The translations under genes were made by a program, and so were the position numbers. The notes under the pieces are model-generated. The model did no database searches. It was not told the DNA's origin and saw nothing but the letters and a program-made list of their open reading frames with translations. Shown one piece after another: positions 40,073-52,240 of a stretch of 64,000 nt of DNA. Source of the DNA: Camelus dromedarius (taxonomy: Eukaryota); contig NC_087436.1 of assembly GCF_036321535.1 (NCBI RefSeq), forward strand, positions 79,982,001 through 80,046,000, given 5' to 3'. Numbering within the stretch: the first letter of the stretch is position 1; the number at the start of each line of letters is the position of its first letter.

Positions 40073-40400
40073 AAAACAAAAACAAAAACAAACAAACAAA
40101 CAAACAAAAACAAAGCGTAAATAAAGGACAGAAATAGACTCACAGACAGAGAATACAGACTTGTGGTTACCAGGGGGGTGGAGGGTGGGAAGGGATAGAC
40201 TGGGATTTCAAAATTGTAGAATAGACTACACTGTATAGCACAGGGAAATATACACAAAATGTTACGATAACTCACAGAGAAAAAAATGTGACAATGAGTG
40301 TGTATATGTCCATGAATAACTGAAAAATTGTGCTGAACACTGGAATTTGACACAACATTGTAAAATGATTATAAATCAATAAAAAATGTTACAAAAAAAA
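36444..40400 (+). mobile_element. Young LINE-1 insertion, 5'-truncated within ORF2 (about 3.96 kb)
   Basis: TSD AATTCCTTTCAG at 36432-36443 and 40399-40410. Uninterrupted ORF2, a 3' UTR with (AAAC)n and a G-rich tract, AATAAA at 40378-40383, and a short A tail. No ORF1 or 5' UTR. Confidence 0.97.
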
Positions 40401-40799
40401 TTCCTTTCAGATTACTGTATTTTGGTAGACTTTATAATGCATTCTTCAGGAGAATGCCTCTTTTGTCAAGCTCTTAGCAAGGTCAGCACTATGAATATGC
40501 TATATGTTCCAAAATATAAAACTAAGCTCTCCTAGAATATTCTATGCTGAATTTACTAGACTCTAGTTACAGAGAACTTCAAAACCAAAGAGCTGATTAT
40601 CCTTTGGATAACGATTCATTGTGAATACTATATGCTGATTAACTTAAATTAGAATGATTGCATCAAAATAGAAAAATCATTTGTTACCACAACTTGAGGT
40701 GATAGAAAAAATAATATAACTGTAAGACATTAACATTTTCCCCAGTTTTATTGAGGTATAATTTGCAAATAAAATTGAAAGTCTTGTGAGGAATAAAAT

Positions 40800-41171
40800 G
40801 CAATGGAAGGGAGGACGCCAGTTCCGAGCCCAGGCCTCGAGAGGCCCTGCATGCTTTGGCCATCTCTTTTGGAGCCCTGCCCAGACACCCAGATGACCGA
40901 GTGTGGGCTAGCCTGCCGAAATATGAGAACCACGTGGGGCAGGGCTCTGCCAGCTCAGCCAACCCAGCTGAGGCCATGCGAAACTAGCCAGTGCCCAGTC
41001 AACTTGGCACTGACCTTAACCATGAATGAACCAGCCAAGATCAGAAGAACAATGCAGCGGAGCTCAGCACCAACTGTTGGCTTGCAGAATTGTGAGCTAT
41101 ACAAATACTTGTTGTTTTAAACCTGCAAGTCCTTAGTGTAGTGTGTTATCTCCAGACGCAGTGACGAATAA
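40800..41171 (+). mobile_element. MaLR LTR fragment (MLT1G/H-like)
   Basis: GCCAGTTCCGAGCCCAGGCCTCGAGAGGCCCTGCATGCTTT...GCAGAATTGTGAGCT...TTGTTGTTTTAAACC. Confidence 0.7.
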
Positions 41172-41862
41172 CAACACAGCCCCTGCTAGACTGTAAATTC
41201 CATGTCTATCTTGTCCACCCATGCATTTCTGGTACCTGGCACAGCATATAGTAGGTGTTTAATAAATATTTACACAATAAATGAATTCATAGATGAATGA
41301 AAAACATACATAGTCCCAAGCTTTTGAGTTTTGAAAATAATTTGATTTCTACCTGTTCATATTCGGGGCCAGCTTACAAGGATACATTGTGTTTCTGATC
41401 AAGCTCACTGTCTTTTATTCAGTATAAGTGTTGGAGCCAAGACTCAAGGCCCAGTCTCTCAGAAAATAATAATTGGAGGGTAAAATAAATGACAATAGTA
41501 GTGGTGGTGGCAGCAGAATCTAACCAGGAAATCCAACCCTTCCATCTGTACATTATGCTGGCCCTTTCACAATCCCTTCAAATAATCGTCCATTGTTATC
41601 AGTAAAGCTGAAATAACCCAACCACAGGAGATCCACCAGGACAATTTTGACCTGCTTTTCCAAAAGTAAGCTTGTGTTACCTTGTGTAATAAATTGTTCC
41701 AGAAGTCTTTCTGAAACATAAAAGTTACTCTGGCATCTGATGGAAGTTTACTGCGAGCATTCTGGAAGAATTTCAATAAGAACAGAAAGGCCAGGCAAGT
41801 GAGTAAAGTCATTTCAGAACCGTTCTTGAAGGGTAATGCCAGCATTCCAGAGGGATTTCAGC

Positions 41863-41882
41863 GCCCGGCTAGAGGGCAGCAG
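41863..41882 (+). promoter_or_regulatory. Candidate CTCF core motif
   Basis: CGGCTAGAGGGCAGCA against consensus CCRSYAGRKGGCRS, one mismatch, in non-repeat DNA with retained CpGs. Motif match only. Confidence 0.35.
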
Positions 41883-42399
41883 AATTATTGCTGAAGTATT
41901 CCTGGTGGAGAGCTTTAACCTCATGACCGAAGTGTATTCAAAACAATTCTGCTGCGATAGTAAAAAATATATATCCATGCTGTGCATTCCCTGAAGAGCA
42001 TTCTGGCCTCTTTATTCACATGAGCCAAGAACTGAAAAAGAGCTGAGGGGGTAAATCGGTAAAGTGCTACCACAGAGATTTTACTCTAAATACTGGTTGG
42101 GGAAGCCCCACAGTCCCAAAAGGTTAGCGACATTAGATGTTTTATAGGGTATGTGCCGAAATGAATAATTCATAGAAAAATGCTCCTAACTCTCTTCAGG
42201 TAAGATTATACAGTAAAGTCAGAGAAAACACCAGATAAAATATTTAATTCTATATGGTCCTTCTGTCAAGCCCCTCAGTGAACCCTTCGCATGAACCCTG
42301 TGCATAGCAAGCACTCCGTGAGGTACTGGGGGGATACAGAGATTGCATCTCAAGCTAACAGAGCATGTGAGACACCCACATATTCAGTAAGTATTCATT

Positions 42400-43020
42400 T
42401 AACCCTCCCTGTCAGGTGCAGCAGACCTAGTGAGCTTCCAGCTGGTCTGCCTGCTTCCAGTCCTGTCTCCACTCCACACTGCTCAGAACTCCTCCCCATG
42501 AGCTTCCGAGGTCCTGAGTGTCTGAAACTCTATCTTACCCCCTTATCTCCCGCCACTCCCCACAACTCACACTGCTTCAGCCAGCTCTCTGGCCTTCCAG
42601 TTCCTTGCCCTCTGGGTCTCTGCTTGGGAAACCCCTTGAAGCCACCCCACATCTCTGTAGGCAGCATGGTCCTTCCCACCCTTCAGGTCTGCTTCAGTGT
42701 CACCTCCTTCAATAGGCCTCCATGTCCCTGTCTATAAAGTATACACACCCTGTCATCTCCTACCACAGTTCCCTTCTCTGGTCTTCTACTTAATGCTTAC
42801 TCACAATTTCTAATTATTCTATTTGTTTACTTAGAGGCTTTCATACTAGGTACTATGTCTGTTTTGTTTACTGCTATATATTCGGTGCTAAATACAGTGA
42901 GTACATAAATAAATACATACATACATACATACAGCGAGTACATTGTAGTTACTCAATAAAATTAATATTTCACTAAGCACAATAGCTGCTTAATGAAATG
43001 TGTCAACTGAATGAATGACC
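42400..43020 (+). mobile_element. L2 3' region with internal (TACA)n microsatellite
   Basis: GGTCTGCCTGCTTCCAGT...CTTCAGGTCTGCTTCAGTGTCACCTCCT...CTCAATAAA...TGAATGAATGA. (TACA)n at about 42901-42932. Confidence 0.7.
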
Positions 43021-43089
43021 CAAGTGACCAATGCTGGCTCTTTCTCAACTAAATAAAAATAGGCTTCAATAGAGCCAATATTTTATAAT

Positions 43090-43200
43090 ATCTGTAAATG
43101 GAATATAAACTTTAAAAATTGTGAATCACTATATGGTAGACCTGTAACTTAGATAATATTGTACATCAACTATACCTCAATTTAAAAAAAAGTGAAAAAC
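43090..43200 (+). mobile_element. L1MA-type 3' end fragment
   Basis: GAATCACTATATGGTAGACCTGTAACT...ATATTGTACATCAACTATACCTCAATTTAAAAAAA. Confidence 0.7.
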
Positions 43201-45984
43201 AAATATATATATTGAATATATATATATACATATATAAAATCCACAGAATTAAAATCTCCTTCTGGTTTAAAAAAAATAAGCCCCTAATTCAGACTGACTA
43301 GCTAGACTTCTTTACATTTTATTTTTAAATAATTTTGACGGCAGTAGAATTACAGATCATGAAGTAAGGGGTGTGAAGGAGAGAACAGTAGTTGAATTGT
43401 GAAGAAGGATGGACTTCAAGCAAAGAACTTTTGTGTTTCTTGAAAAAAAGAATTAAATAGGCAGGCACAAGCATCAAATGACAATGAGCCATTTGTGGTG
43501 TTAGGACATCAATCTAATGACAAAAACTATTGGTTTTGAAAATCTTCCTCTGGTTTTGATATAAATGCCGTTTCCACTTGTATAAAACTGAGGTTAATTT
43601 ATGACAAGTTTATTTCCAGCCAATCCTGCTAGTGTTCTAGGACTTTTCATATTTTGTATCATTTGATACAAGAATTTGATCATTTGATACAAAGTTGCCA
43701 TAAGCTTTTATATTTTTCAAATGAAGAATTTTTTTTTAAATAGAGTTCAAATCTCAGTTATAAATTCCTGTTCCCCACAAATCCAGTGCTCAAGATGGCG
43801 GGTTGTAGAGAAAAATGAAACTCAACTTTTAGTTAGAAAAATGTTGCTTCTATTTTCATTTCAAATTTGGCACTGACTGTGATGACAATTTGATGGAACT
43901 GATTAATGGCTCTAGAAGGAGCTAAGACTCCTCTCCAGTTTACTCTAACTCCGTCATCCCACCCCCTCACCTTGAGAGATCAAATAATCATATGGATGAG
44001 TCAAGTCCAAAGATACTAATTAGGGTACTTACAGTGCTTAAAGCGTCAATAAAAATACTGTAAATAAACCACAGTTGGGGCACTCTCTTTCTTTCCTCTC
44101 TGTTTCTTATTGTGATCTACCATATGAATGTTAAAAACACAGACTAGTAAGATTTGAACACGAACCTAAAGAGAAACAAATCAAGGAGGTTACTCAGCCA
44201 CTTTGATCCCAGTTTCAGAGCAGCCTACTTCAGGCTAAACACATCATATGATTCTGTGAGCTACAGTCTGTATCACGAGAGACTATTTTTGATTTTGGGC
44301 AAAAGAAAGGGAGTTTGGGGCAAACTGAGAGAGTATGATGGGGGCATATCCTCTCCATACCATCCTCAGGATCTTTATATGGCTTTTGTGCTTATTCTAT
44401 AGTTTGGACTCAGGATCCTGGGTCCTGGGAAAATGTCTTAAACCACCATCAACACAACATTTCCCCCCCAGAGATTTGTTGGTAATGAAGTAGAAAAAAT
44501 TAAATTTTCTAAAATTCTTATGGAGGTGGTCATTGGCAGATGGCAGCAGTCCCAGGGAGAATGACAATCTCTACTACAATTCCCAGGGAGCTCCATGTTG
44601 CGAGCATGAGTTTTTCTAAATGCAACAGAAGATGGTGTGGGGAAAATAGAAAATGGTGGACGAGTGACGTGCAGCAGTACGATGCCTCTCTGTCACTCCA
44701 CGGATTTTCAGTTATTAACCTCAGAAAGTTCATGAGTGGGATCCTTACTGAACATTAAAAAGGGGCTAAAATATTTGCACTTTCTTGGATAGAGCTCCTG
44801 GGTTTCAAGGGAACCCAGAGACAGAGGCACCTGGAATAATTACACTGTAGAATTTGCACTAATCATTAGGAAGGGGCCAGACTTGTACAGACTGTGATAT
44901 TGTGTTTAAATCTAGTTTATCTTTAACTCAGAGTCAGGGAAGCCCAGATGACATTTAGATTAATGACCAAGGTCCCCATCTGGGTTCTTTCATCTAAAGG
45001 ACTTGGCTATATCTTGGATTTAATCACCATCCTAGAACTTGGAAGAGGGGACCTTCTTCAAAATTGCCAACCTCTGTAGGCAGAGAGTGAATCACCACAT
45101 GGGTTATTGTAGAGCGTAAGTCATCACAAGCCGAGAACTGGGGATGGTGACCTAGATATCTCTTGAAGCAGCAAGTCCTCCAAGTGATGAAGCAGCCAGC
45201 CCAGCACTGGTTACAACAGTGCAGCCCAGTGCAGGAGAGTCACTGATTAAGGACACCGTTTGTTTCCCACCATTAACAGGGAGTCATAAGTTGGTTTTAT
45301 CAACTGGCAGCATCTAAATTCATTCAGAATCATCTGTCACCAATTATTTTTCTCTAATAGTTATTAAAATGCTAGTTTTGAGCTTTAGGTAGAACCTGAC
45401 TGAAAGGGACTCTCAGAGAATGGAGTCAAGGGATCTTTATCTCAAAGGCAACTCGAAATCCTTAAGTTCATTGAAGTCTGAAAACGAATGCTCTTTCTCT
45501 TTTATTCTCATAATGTGGGGTGTTTCTGAATATACCTACTATCAATCTCATGTCCTATGGCCAGATGCCTAACATCTGCCAGATTCTTCAGTTTTCCCAT
45601 CTTGTTTTTATTGTTGCCATTAAAGCGACCTCTGATGCATCTTCAAAATGATGACCCTGAGTAACTGGCCTAAAGGATCACATAATGGTCTCCATCTCCT
45701 GACATTCCTGCACCAAAAAATCCTACTCTCAAGTTTCTGACATTTATCTCCCAGTGATGGAGTATTTAGCAACATATAAGGAACGATTGGCCTTCAGACT
45801 TGGTGGATCAGTAAATATTCAGTCTTGTCTTCAGCATTATGCCATAGGAATGTAAAATTCTGCAAAATACCCTAGAGTCCTAAGAAACCATCTCTGTTCT
45901 CAAGCTACTCAAAATCTAGTTATAGTCTACAGTAGTCTGAGTAATGGCAAATGTATAATAAAGAATAACCACAAAAATAACAAA

Positions 45985-46625
45985 ACAAGTTGTTGAGAAT
46001 GTAAAATGCTGCAGGCACCATGAAGGATAGTATGGCAGTTCCTCAAAAAAATAAAAATAGAATTACCATATACTCCAACAATCCCACCTCTGCGTATATA
46101 CACAAAAAAACTGAAAGCGGAATCTGGAAGAGGTATCTCCACACCCATGTTCATAGCAGCATTATTCACAATAGCCAAAAGATGGAAGCAACCCAAGTGT
46201 CCATCAATGTATGAATGGATAGACAAAACGTAGTATACATATATAATGGAATATTGTTCAGCCTTAAAAAGGAAGGACATTCTGACATATACTACAAAAT
46301 GCATGAACCTTGAGGACATCATCCTAAGTGAAATGAGCCAGTCACCAAAAGTCAATGAAGGAGTCCACCGATATGAGTTAGACAGAGAAGTCAAATTCTT
46401 AGGAACAGAAAGTAGAAAGATGGTTGCCAGGGGCTGGGGGAGGGAGAAATGGGAAGTTGTTGTTTAATGGATATAAAGCTTCAGTATTGCAAGGTGGAAA
46501 ATTTCTGGAGATTGGTCACACAACAATGTGAAAATACTTAACACTATTGAACTGTATACTCAAAAATGGTTAAGATGGCAAATTTCATGTTAGGTGTGTT
46601 TCATCACAATAATAAATAATAATAA
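45985..46625 (+). mobile_element. Old L1MB-type fragment (ORF2 C-terminus plus 3' UTR), degraded
   Basis: CACCCATGTTCATAGCAGCATTATTCACAATAGCCAAAA, peptide [32 protein letters not shown], and 3' UTR ending AAAATGGTTAAGATGGCAAATTTCATGTT. Confidence 0.9.
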
Positions 46626-48679
46626 CAAAGCAAATAACTCAATTGCTATTTGGCTTACCTTATCTTTGTGCGAGGCCTCCACACATCAGGCAGCCGCCCA
46701 CCACTGCATGGCACCATTTTACCTGGACATGGCTTTTACCAGTGAATCAGCTTCTGAGATCACCTGAAACATTTCTTACCTGAGATTTGAGCAATGACTC
46801 TCTAAGCCTCCCAATGTGACAATTTTCCTTCCACACAGGTTGGAGGCGATCCTTGTGGGTTCCCATTGGTGTTCTGCCTCAGACAGCCTAGAAGGAAGAA
46901 ATGAGATGGATCAGCACTTTAAAACATTGAATGTCCTTCAAGGACGCACCTTGTCCACAGAGGCCATCACAACAAAGGTAGGTACATTAATCATCTCTGC
47001 TGCTGGAAATGAAGGAGAAGAAATAAATAAACAGCCCATCATCTTGATCAGGTATCAAAGGTTTGTTTTAGGTCATACCCCCATTAAAACGAATTTCAGT
47101 GCTGTCAGGAGCAATGTCATGAATCTTCTGTACTTTTTTTTAATGAGTAACATGCGCTAGGAGGACGCACACTCCCTATGAGCTCCGTAACGAGTGCCCC
47201 CATCAATTTCCCTACCTTTCCATTTTTGGTATTCTCAAAGCAAGCAGAGAAAAGTGCTGTACATTTGCCCCTGCATTAAGTGCCTCTGCCTTAAATAAAC
47301 ATTAAGTCAAGTTAATGCAACTGGTAAGAAAGTCAATAACTTAAGAAATACCATCAGCATTTTTTCCTGTTTGTGCTTTATCATGTAGAGTTACCAGTTT
47401 AATGTTACCACTTAAATCTTTTTTAAATGACTCTTTTTTTTAATATGCACCTATATAGAAATGTTAGCAAATATAGACAAGAAAGAAGATGAAAATAAAC
47501 ATTTACTCTCTCACCTGTCCAGTGATAATAATTGTTAACACTTTGGTAATGTGCCTTATAAAATCTTTTTTTCATGGATACAGACACACACACATAAACA
47601 GATGAATAAAATATTTTGGAAAAATGAGATCCTATTGTCCATTTTGGTAGGCAAATTTGGTAGAATTCTGAGATGGCCTCTAAGATTTTCTGCCAGACAC
47701 CAGAGGTGTCCCAAAGATATGCCATCGGCCTCCAGGAACTCCAGAAAACCGTGTATGCGTGTGTGTGTGTGTGCATGTGCGTGCATGCACAAACCCACGC
47801 CAAGCCCAGGAAAACAGTCCCAACAGCACATCCTAATGATGAAAAGCCAGCAGCTCCATCTTTATGCCAGAAAGACAGAAAATTGTTTTGATTCCTTTAA
47901 ATGGATGGATTACACAAAATGAGAACGAGTGAAAAAAGGTGTGTTCCCCTTCCCATTCCAGGAGGGAGCTTAGGACAAGAGTCTGCTATCTGTTGAAATC
48001 AGTAATTCTTTAGGAAAAAAGAAGTCAGGCACCTGTTGTGGACAAAGTAAAATTACAGCTATGGGGTTGGAAGATAAGCGTTTTTCAGCTTGAAATTTTA
48101 AAAATAGGCTCCTTTGTTATTACTTTTGTATTTTTAAAATATGGTAGCTCAACTCCCACCCGACCATGCCCCCCAAGGTCTAGCCAGTGACAAATAAAAC
48201 TTCAATAAATAAATAAAATCCTGAACCCTCATTCTATGTGGAAAAAAAAAAACAAAGCCAAAACTGATTTTTCCTGTTCCAACAGAATGCCCAAAGAAGA
48301 GAATTTTTCTCACACTGTTAAATCCAGCTATCATCCGATTCCCATGGGCAGGAATGTCAAGTTGCTAGTATGTAAAAGAATTTAGATGGCTTTTCTTCTT
48401 CCTTGAAAACAGAATGATTTACAATCCAAGGAAAAATAGGTTGATGCCTAAAACAGTTCTGATTCTTGCAAATTCTGCTCTTAGGAGAGTTTGTTTTTAC
48501 TTCAACCATTATTATTCATTAATAATGAAAAGATTTGATACATCTCATTTTTGTTTGCATATCTTCTTTAATCACAAAATACACATTTACTTAAGTAACT
48601 TATTTTTCTCAATGGATTTATTCCTAAAGAGATGGGTGTGTGTGTGTGTGTATCTTAAAAAGAACCCTCTGATCATGTT

Positions 48680-50310
48680 GGAGTAACTAGGACTGAATTT
48701 TCCCTCCTGTTATAAACAATGATAGAATATGACAGCATACATGAACAAGATAAAATATATGTTTTAGGTATTGACAACTGTCAGCATCTGACTGTGATCT
48801 TGAGAAGAAGGGAGTAAATCGACCGAGTCCTGCCATTACCCTGGACTTCCTCCCGAAGGCACTTTTTGGGCGGAGGAAGATGAGAAGACCGTCATGACCT
48901 CTTTGAGTTGAAAAGACAGACCCTCGAGTTCCAGGAGGCTGAGGCAGCTAGCATTTGTGGGGCAGAGCACTAGAAAAGAGGGATCTATTCAGGAAAAAAG
49001 TTTTAGAAATGCATATAAGCGTCCTCTGAAGGATGGTGCTGAACATTAAGTGATACGTGTGCAGGATGAAACCCCGTGAAGTCAGATGGACAACTACCAG
49101 GTGCTGTCAGCAGCCAGACAATTGCCAGAGCTCATTCAGACCTGGGAGGCGACACGGTTCTGACAAGCCAGAATGGAACGCCCTCACTGAACATCCAGGG
49201 CATTCAGTACATACCCAGAAGCGCCACACCTTAGTAGCAGGACCAAACCAGCCCCACGGCATAAGCTACCCTAGATCTGCCCTATCAAAACTTCAAACAA
49301 CCATCAAAAGGACCAAACAGAACAGCAAGTGACTTAACTGCCCACCAGAGTGAAGCCCAGTACCCTTTAAAAGAAGATAATAAAACCAGACACTCAACAA
49401 TGTCAAATCCATGCTCTTCAACCCTCCGTCCAAAATTACTAGACACGGACTCAGAAGCAGGAACATGGAATCTAAAACTGGGAGAAATGTCAGTCAATTA
49501 ACATGAAACCAGAAGTGGATGGAATCAGAGACAAAGAAAATTTAGCAGATATGATAAATAAATATGATCCAAGGAACACTTGAACACGATGAGGAGAGAA
49601 ATTTCTACACATGAAATGAGAAATTATTTTGTATAATAAAAATGCATGATGTGACATTAATAGAAATTTAGGCACAGGAGAAGAAAATGTCAATGAACTT
49701 GTAGACAGAGGAGTTTAAATTACCCAAACTGAAGCTCAGCAGAAAAAGAGACTGAACCTCAGAGATGACGTAAAGCAGCCAGACATACAGCTGGAGCACC
49801 AGAAGGAGAGAGGGGAAATGATTAGGGGAAAAAATTTTTGAAGAAATAAGAGGCAATTTTTCCCAAATTAGATGAAAGCAACAAACCCCCATGGATTCAA
49901 AATTTCAATGACTTCTAAGCAGGATAACCACAAAGAAAGCCACACTGAAGAACTTCATAACAAAATAATAAAGAGAAATAAAGTTCAAGCCACACTCTGT
50001 GCAAGGAAACAAAGGTAAGAGTGATCACAGACAGCTCAAGAACAACACAAGCCAGAAGATCATGGCATTATTAACATTCTGAAAAAGAAAAAAGAAAGCT
50101 GTCAACCTAAGAATTCTATATCCAGCAGAATGCACTACAAAACTGAAAGCAAAATCCAGTCATTTTGAACAATAAGCAAAAGAAAAGTGGGAGAGAATTT
50201 GAACTACAAGAATTTTAACTGCTCCTAAACTATCAGAAATATTAAAGGAACATTTTAGGTTGAAGGAAAACAATTCCAGATGAAAACATAAAACCAAGGA
50301 CAGTGGGAGA
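48680..50310 (+). mobile_element. Ancient L1M 5' UTR plus ORF1 remnant
   Basis: Decayed ORF1 motifs GGAGCACCAGAAGGAGAGAGG, TTTGAAGAAATAA...AATTTTTCCCAAATT and TGTCAACCTAAGAATTCTATATCCAGCA (the PRILYPA region), with many stops and frameshifts. Confidence 0.75.
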
Positions 50311-50329
50311 AAGAAATAATAGTCTGTAT

Positions 50330-51140
50330 GATGAAGATCACAGGATTTGGAATCCTGACATTGATACTTACAGAGCATCAGTTTCCTTATCTGTGAAATG
50401 AGGATAGCTATGCCTGCATTACAGAGGTGTTGCAAAGATTCGATGACATAAGGTAGTCAAAGCACTTAGCACAGTTGTCAGCCAGTAGGTTCTTGTCTCA
50501 TCCCAGAAAGAATTCAGAAACGAGACATGGAGGTCAAGAAAGCAAAGCAAGGATTTATTAAGGGATAGATGGTACACTCTCAAGGAAAGAGCGGGCAGAC
50601 CCAACTGGGTAGCTGCCCTGAGTTTCTTTAGCAAGCTGGTTATATGGACGTAAAAATGAATGAGCAGAATATTCATTGGCAGGGATGGGTTTGGGCTTGT
50701 CTTTCCTGATCTTCATCCCAGCTCTACCCTCCCAGATGGGGAGGAGGGAATTTTTTGTCCTTATTTGGTCTTGATTGGGAAGTTGGGTGAAGTCATAATG
50801 AACAAAAGGTTACATTCAGATAGAGGTATCATAAGCAAAAGGTTACATTCGGACGGAGGTCATAATAAGCAAAAGATTACATTTGGATGGTGGAGATTCC
50901 TGTCTCATCCCACCTTTCTTTGCCTCCAGGACACTCATCAACCCACAATGTATGGTTTCTTATCAGTCCGGAGGTTCCTGTTTTTCTTGGTCTGTCCCAG
51001 GACCCCCACTGTTTACAAGATGTATGGTTTTCTGCCATTTGGCCCATGTCCCCCTTTCTCTGTTCATATCTAGCTACCTGCCTGCTCTAACACAATGACC
51101 GGAACTTACTATTCATTCAATGGATCACAATATTGTTATT
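50330..51140 (+). mobile_element. MIR SINE split by the ERV1-type LTR
   Basis: TCAGTTTCCTTATCTGTGAAATGAGGATA...AGCACTTAGCACAGT before the LTR, and a degraded GCCTGGCAC...-like continuation after it. Confidence 0.7.
50476..51092 (-). mobile_element. ERV1-type solo LTR (617 bp)
   Basis: TG...CA termini (TGTCAG...CTAACA), minus-strand AATAAA (TTTATT at about 50554), internal tandem repeats, and 4-bp TSD CAGT/CAAT with one mismatch. Confidence 0.85.
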
Positions 51141-51696
51141 TTGTTACTCTCTCTTAAATGTGCCAAGAGATTATTGTTAATAACTCTTGATGAATATTTT
51201 TGCGCAGAGCCTCATATACGAAAAAAAGAAAGGTTCCTCGACATGGAGCTATATAATTTATCTTGGAGACGGGTAGTAGTTAAATCCTAGTATTATTGTT
51301 GCTTTGCAGTGTGGGAAACTGAGAAGAGATAAGAGGTCTTGGGAGACACGTAGCAAGAGTTCACAGGTGAGAGGGGAAGACTCTCAACTCCCGGATGAAG
51401 GACTGGACACTATCTCGTGGGTCTGTAACATAAAAATCTCATGTTTCCAATGTTAGGTAAATTTTGGCCTTTCCTTGTAAATCCAGAAGAGTTGTCAAAT
51501 AAAAAATAACTATTTATAATTTTTTTCTTGATTCTTAATTTTGTTTCATTAGGAGAGAATAATTTATTAAGTAGTTACCTGTTTAGGGGTCTACAAAGTA
51601 ACCACCACAATGGAGATTCTTTGGTAGCAACATTTAAGAACAACATGAATGTGGAAGAACAGGAGGAAATGAACTATCAAAATGTTAAATACTTGA

Positions 51697-52006
51697 TATT
51701 TACAAAACAGAGACAGACTCACAGACATAGAGAACAAACTTAAAGCGGGAAAGGGAAGGATAAATTGGGAGCTCCAAACTTGCAGATATTAACTACCATG
51801 TATAAAATAAAAAACAAGGTCTTATTATATGTATAGCACAGGGAACTATATTCAATATCTTGTAACAGCCTATAATGAAAAAGCATATTAAAAGGGATAT
51901 ATATGTGTGTGTATGACTGAAGCACTAGGCTGTACACCAGAAATTAACACATTGTAAATCGACTAAACTTCAATTTAAAAAAAGTGAATGCCAAAAAAAA
52001 AAAAAA
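51697..52006 (+). mobile_element. L1 3' UTR fragment with poly-A
   Basis: ACAAAACAGAGACAGACTCACAGACATAGAGAACAAACTT...TATAGCACAGGGAACTATATTCAATATC...ACTTCAATT plus A-run. Homologous to the 3' UTR at 40120-40390. Confidence 0.88.
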
Positions 52007-52024
52007 GTACCTGAATGGATCAAA

Positions 52025-52240
52025 TAAACCTGTAAATAAAGTACAGTGTAGTAGAGACGGTAGCAGCAAGTCCGGCTACCTGGGTTCAGTCCCTGTCTCA
52101 CCCCCGAAAGCACTCTGGCCTTGGGAAGCTACCGTTCATCTGTAAAGCAGGGGAAACAGCAGTATCTATCTCAGAGCGTTGTTGGAAGATTGAATCAGTT
52201 AAGAGGGAATGTGTTTAGCATGTAAGTGTTCACTGTTGTG
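52025..52240 (+). mobile_element. MIR SINE
   Basis: ACCTGGGTTCAGTCCC...TTCATCTGTAAAGCAGGG...TATCTATCTCAGAGCGTTGTTG. Confidence 0.65.

Noticed and set aside
36427..40353. Multiple minus-strand ORFs (65-186 aa) over the L1
   Set aside because: Antisense shadows of L1 ORF2 and its 3' UTR, with no independent coding evidence.
44550..44590. TCCCAGGGAG repeated twice, as possible EBF sites
   Set aside because: Spacing is TCCC-N-GGGA rather than TCCC-NN-GGGA. A 10-bp repeat alone is weak evidence.
45927..46467. 155-aa and 73-aa ORFs
   Set aside because: Antisense and sense fragments of a decayed L1 ORF2 C-terminus.
50792..50892. Repeats of about 33 bp as a CRISPR-like array
   Set aside because: Head-to-tail units with no unique spacers, in a mammalian LTR context, with no cas genes.
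50660..51098. 137-aa ORF with repeated KRLHSD peptide
   Set aside because: Arises from the tandem repeats inside the solo LTR, read antisense to the LTR.
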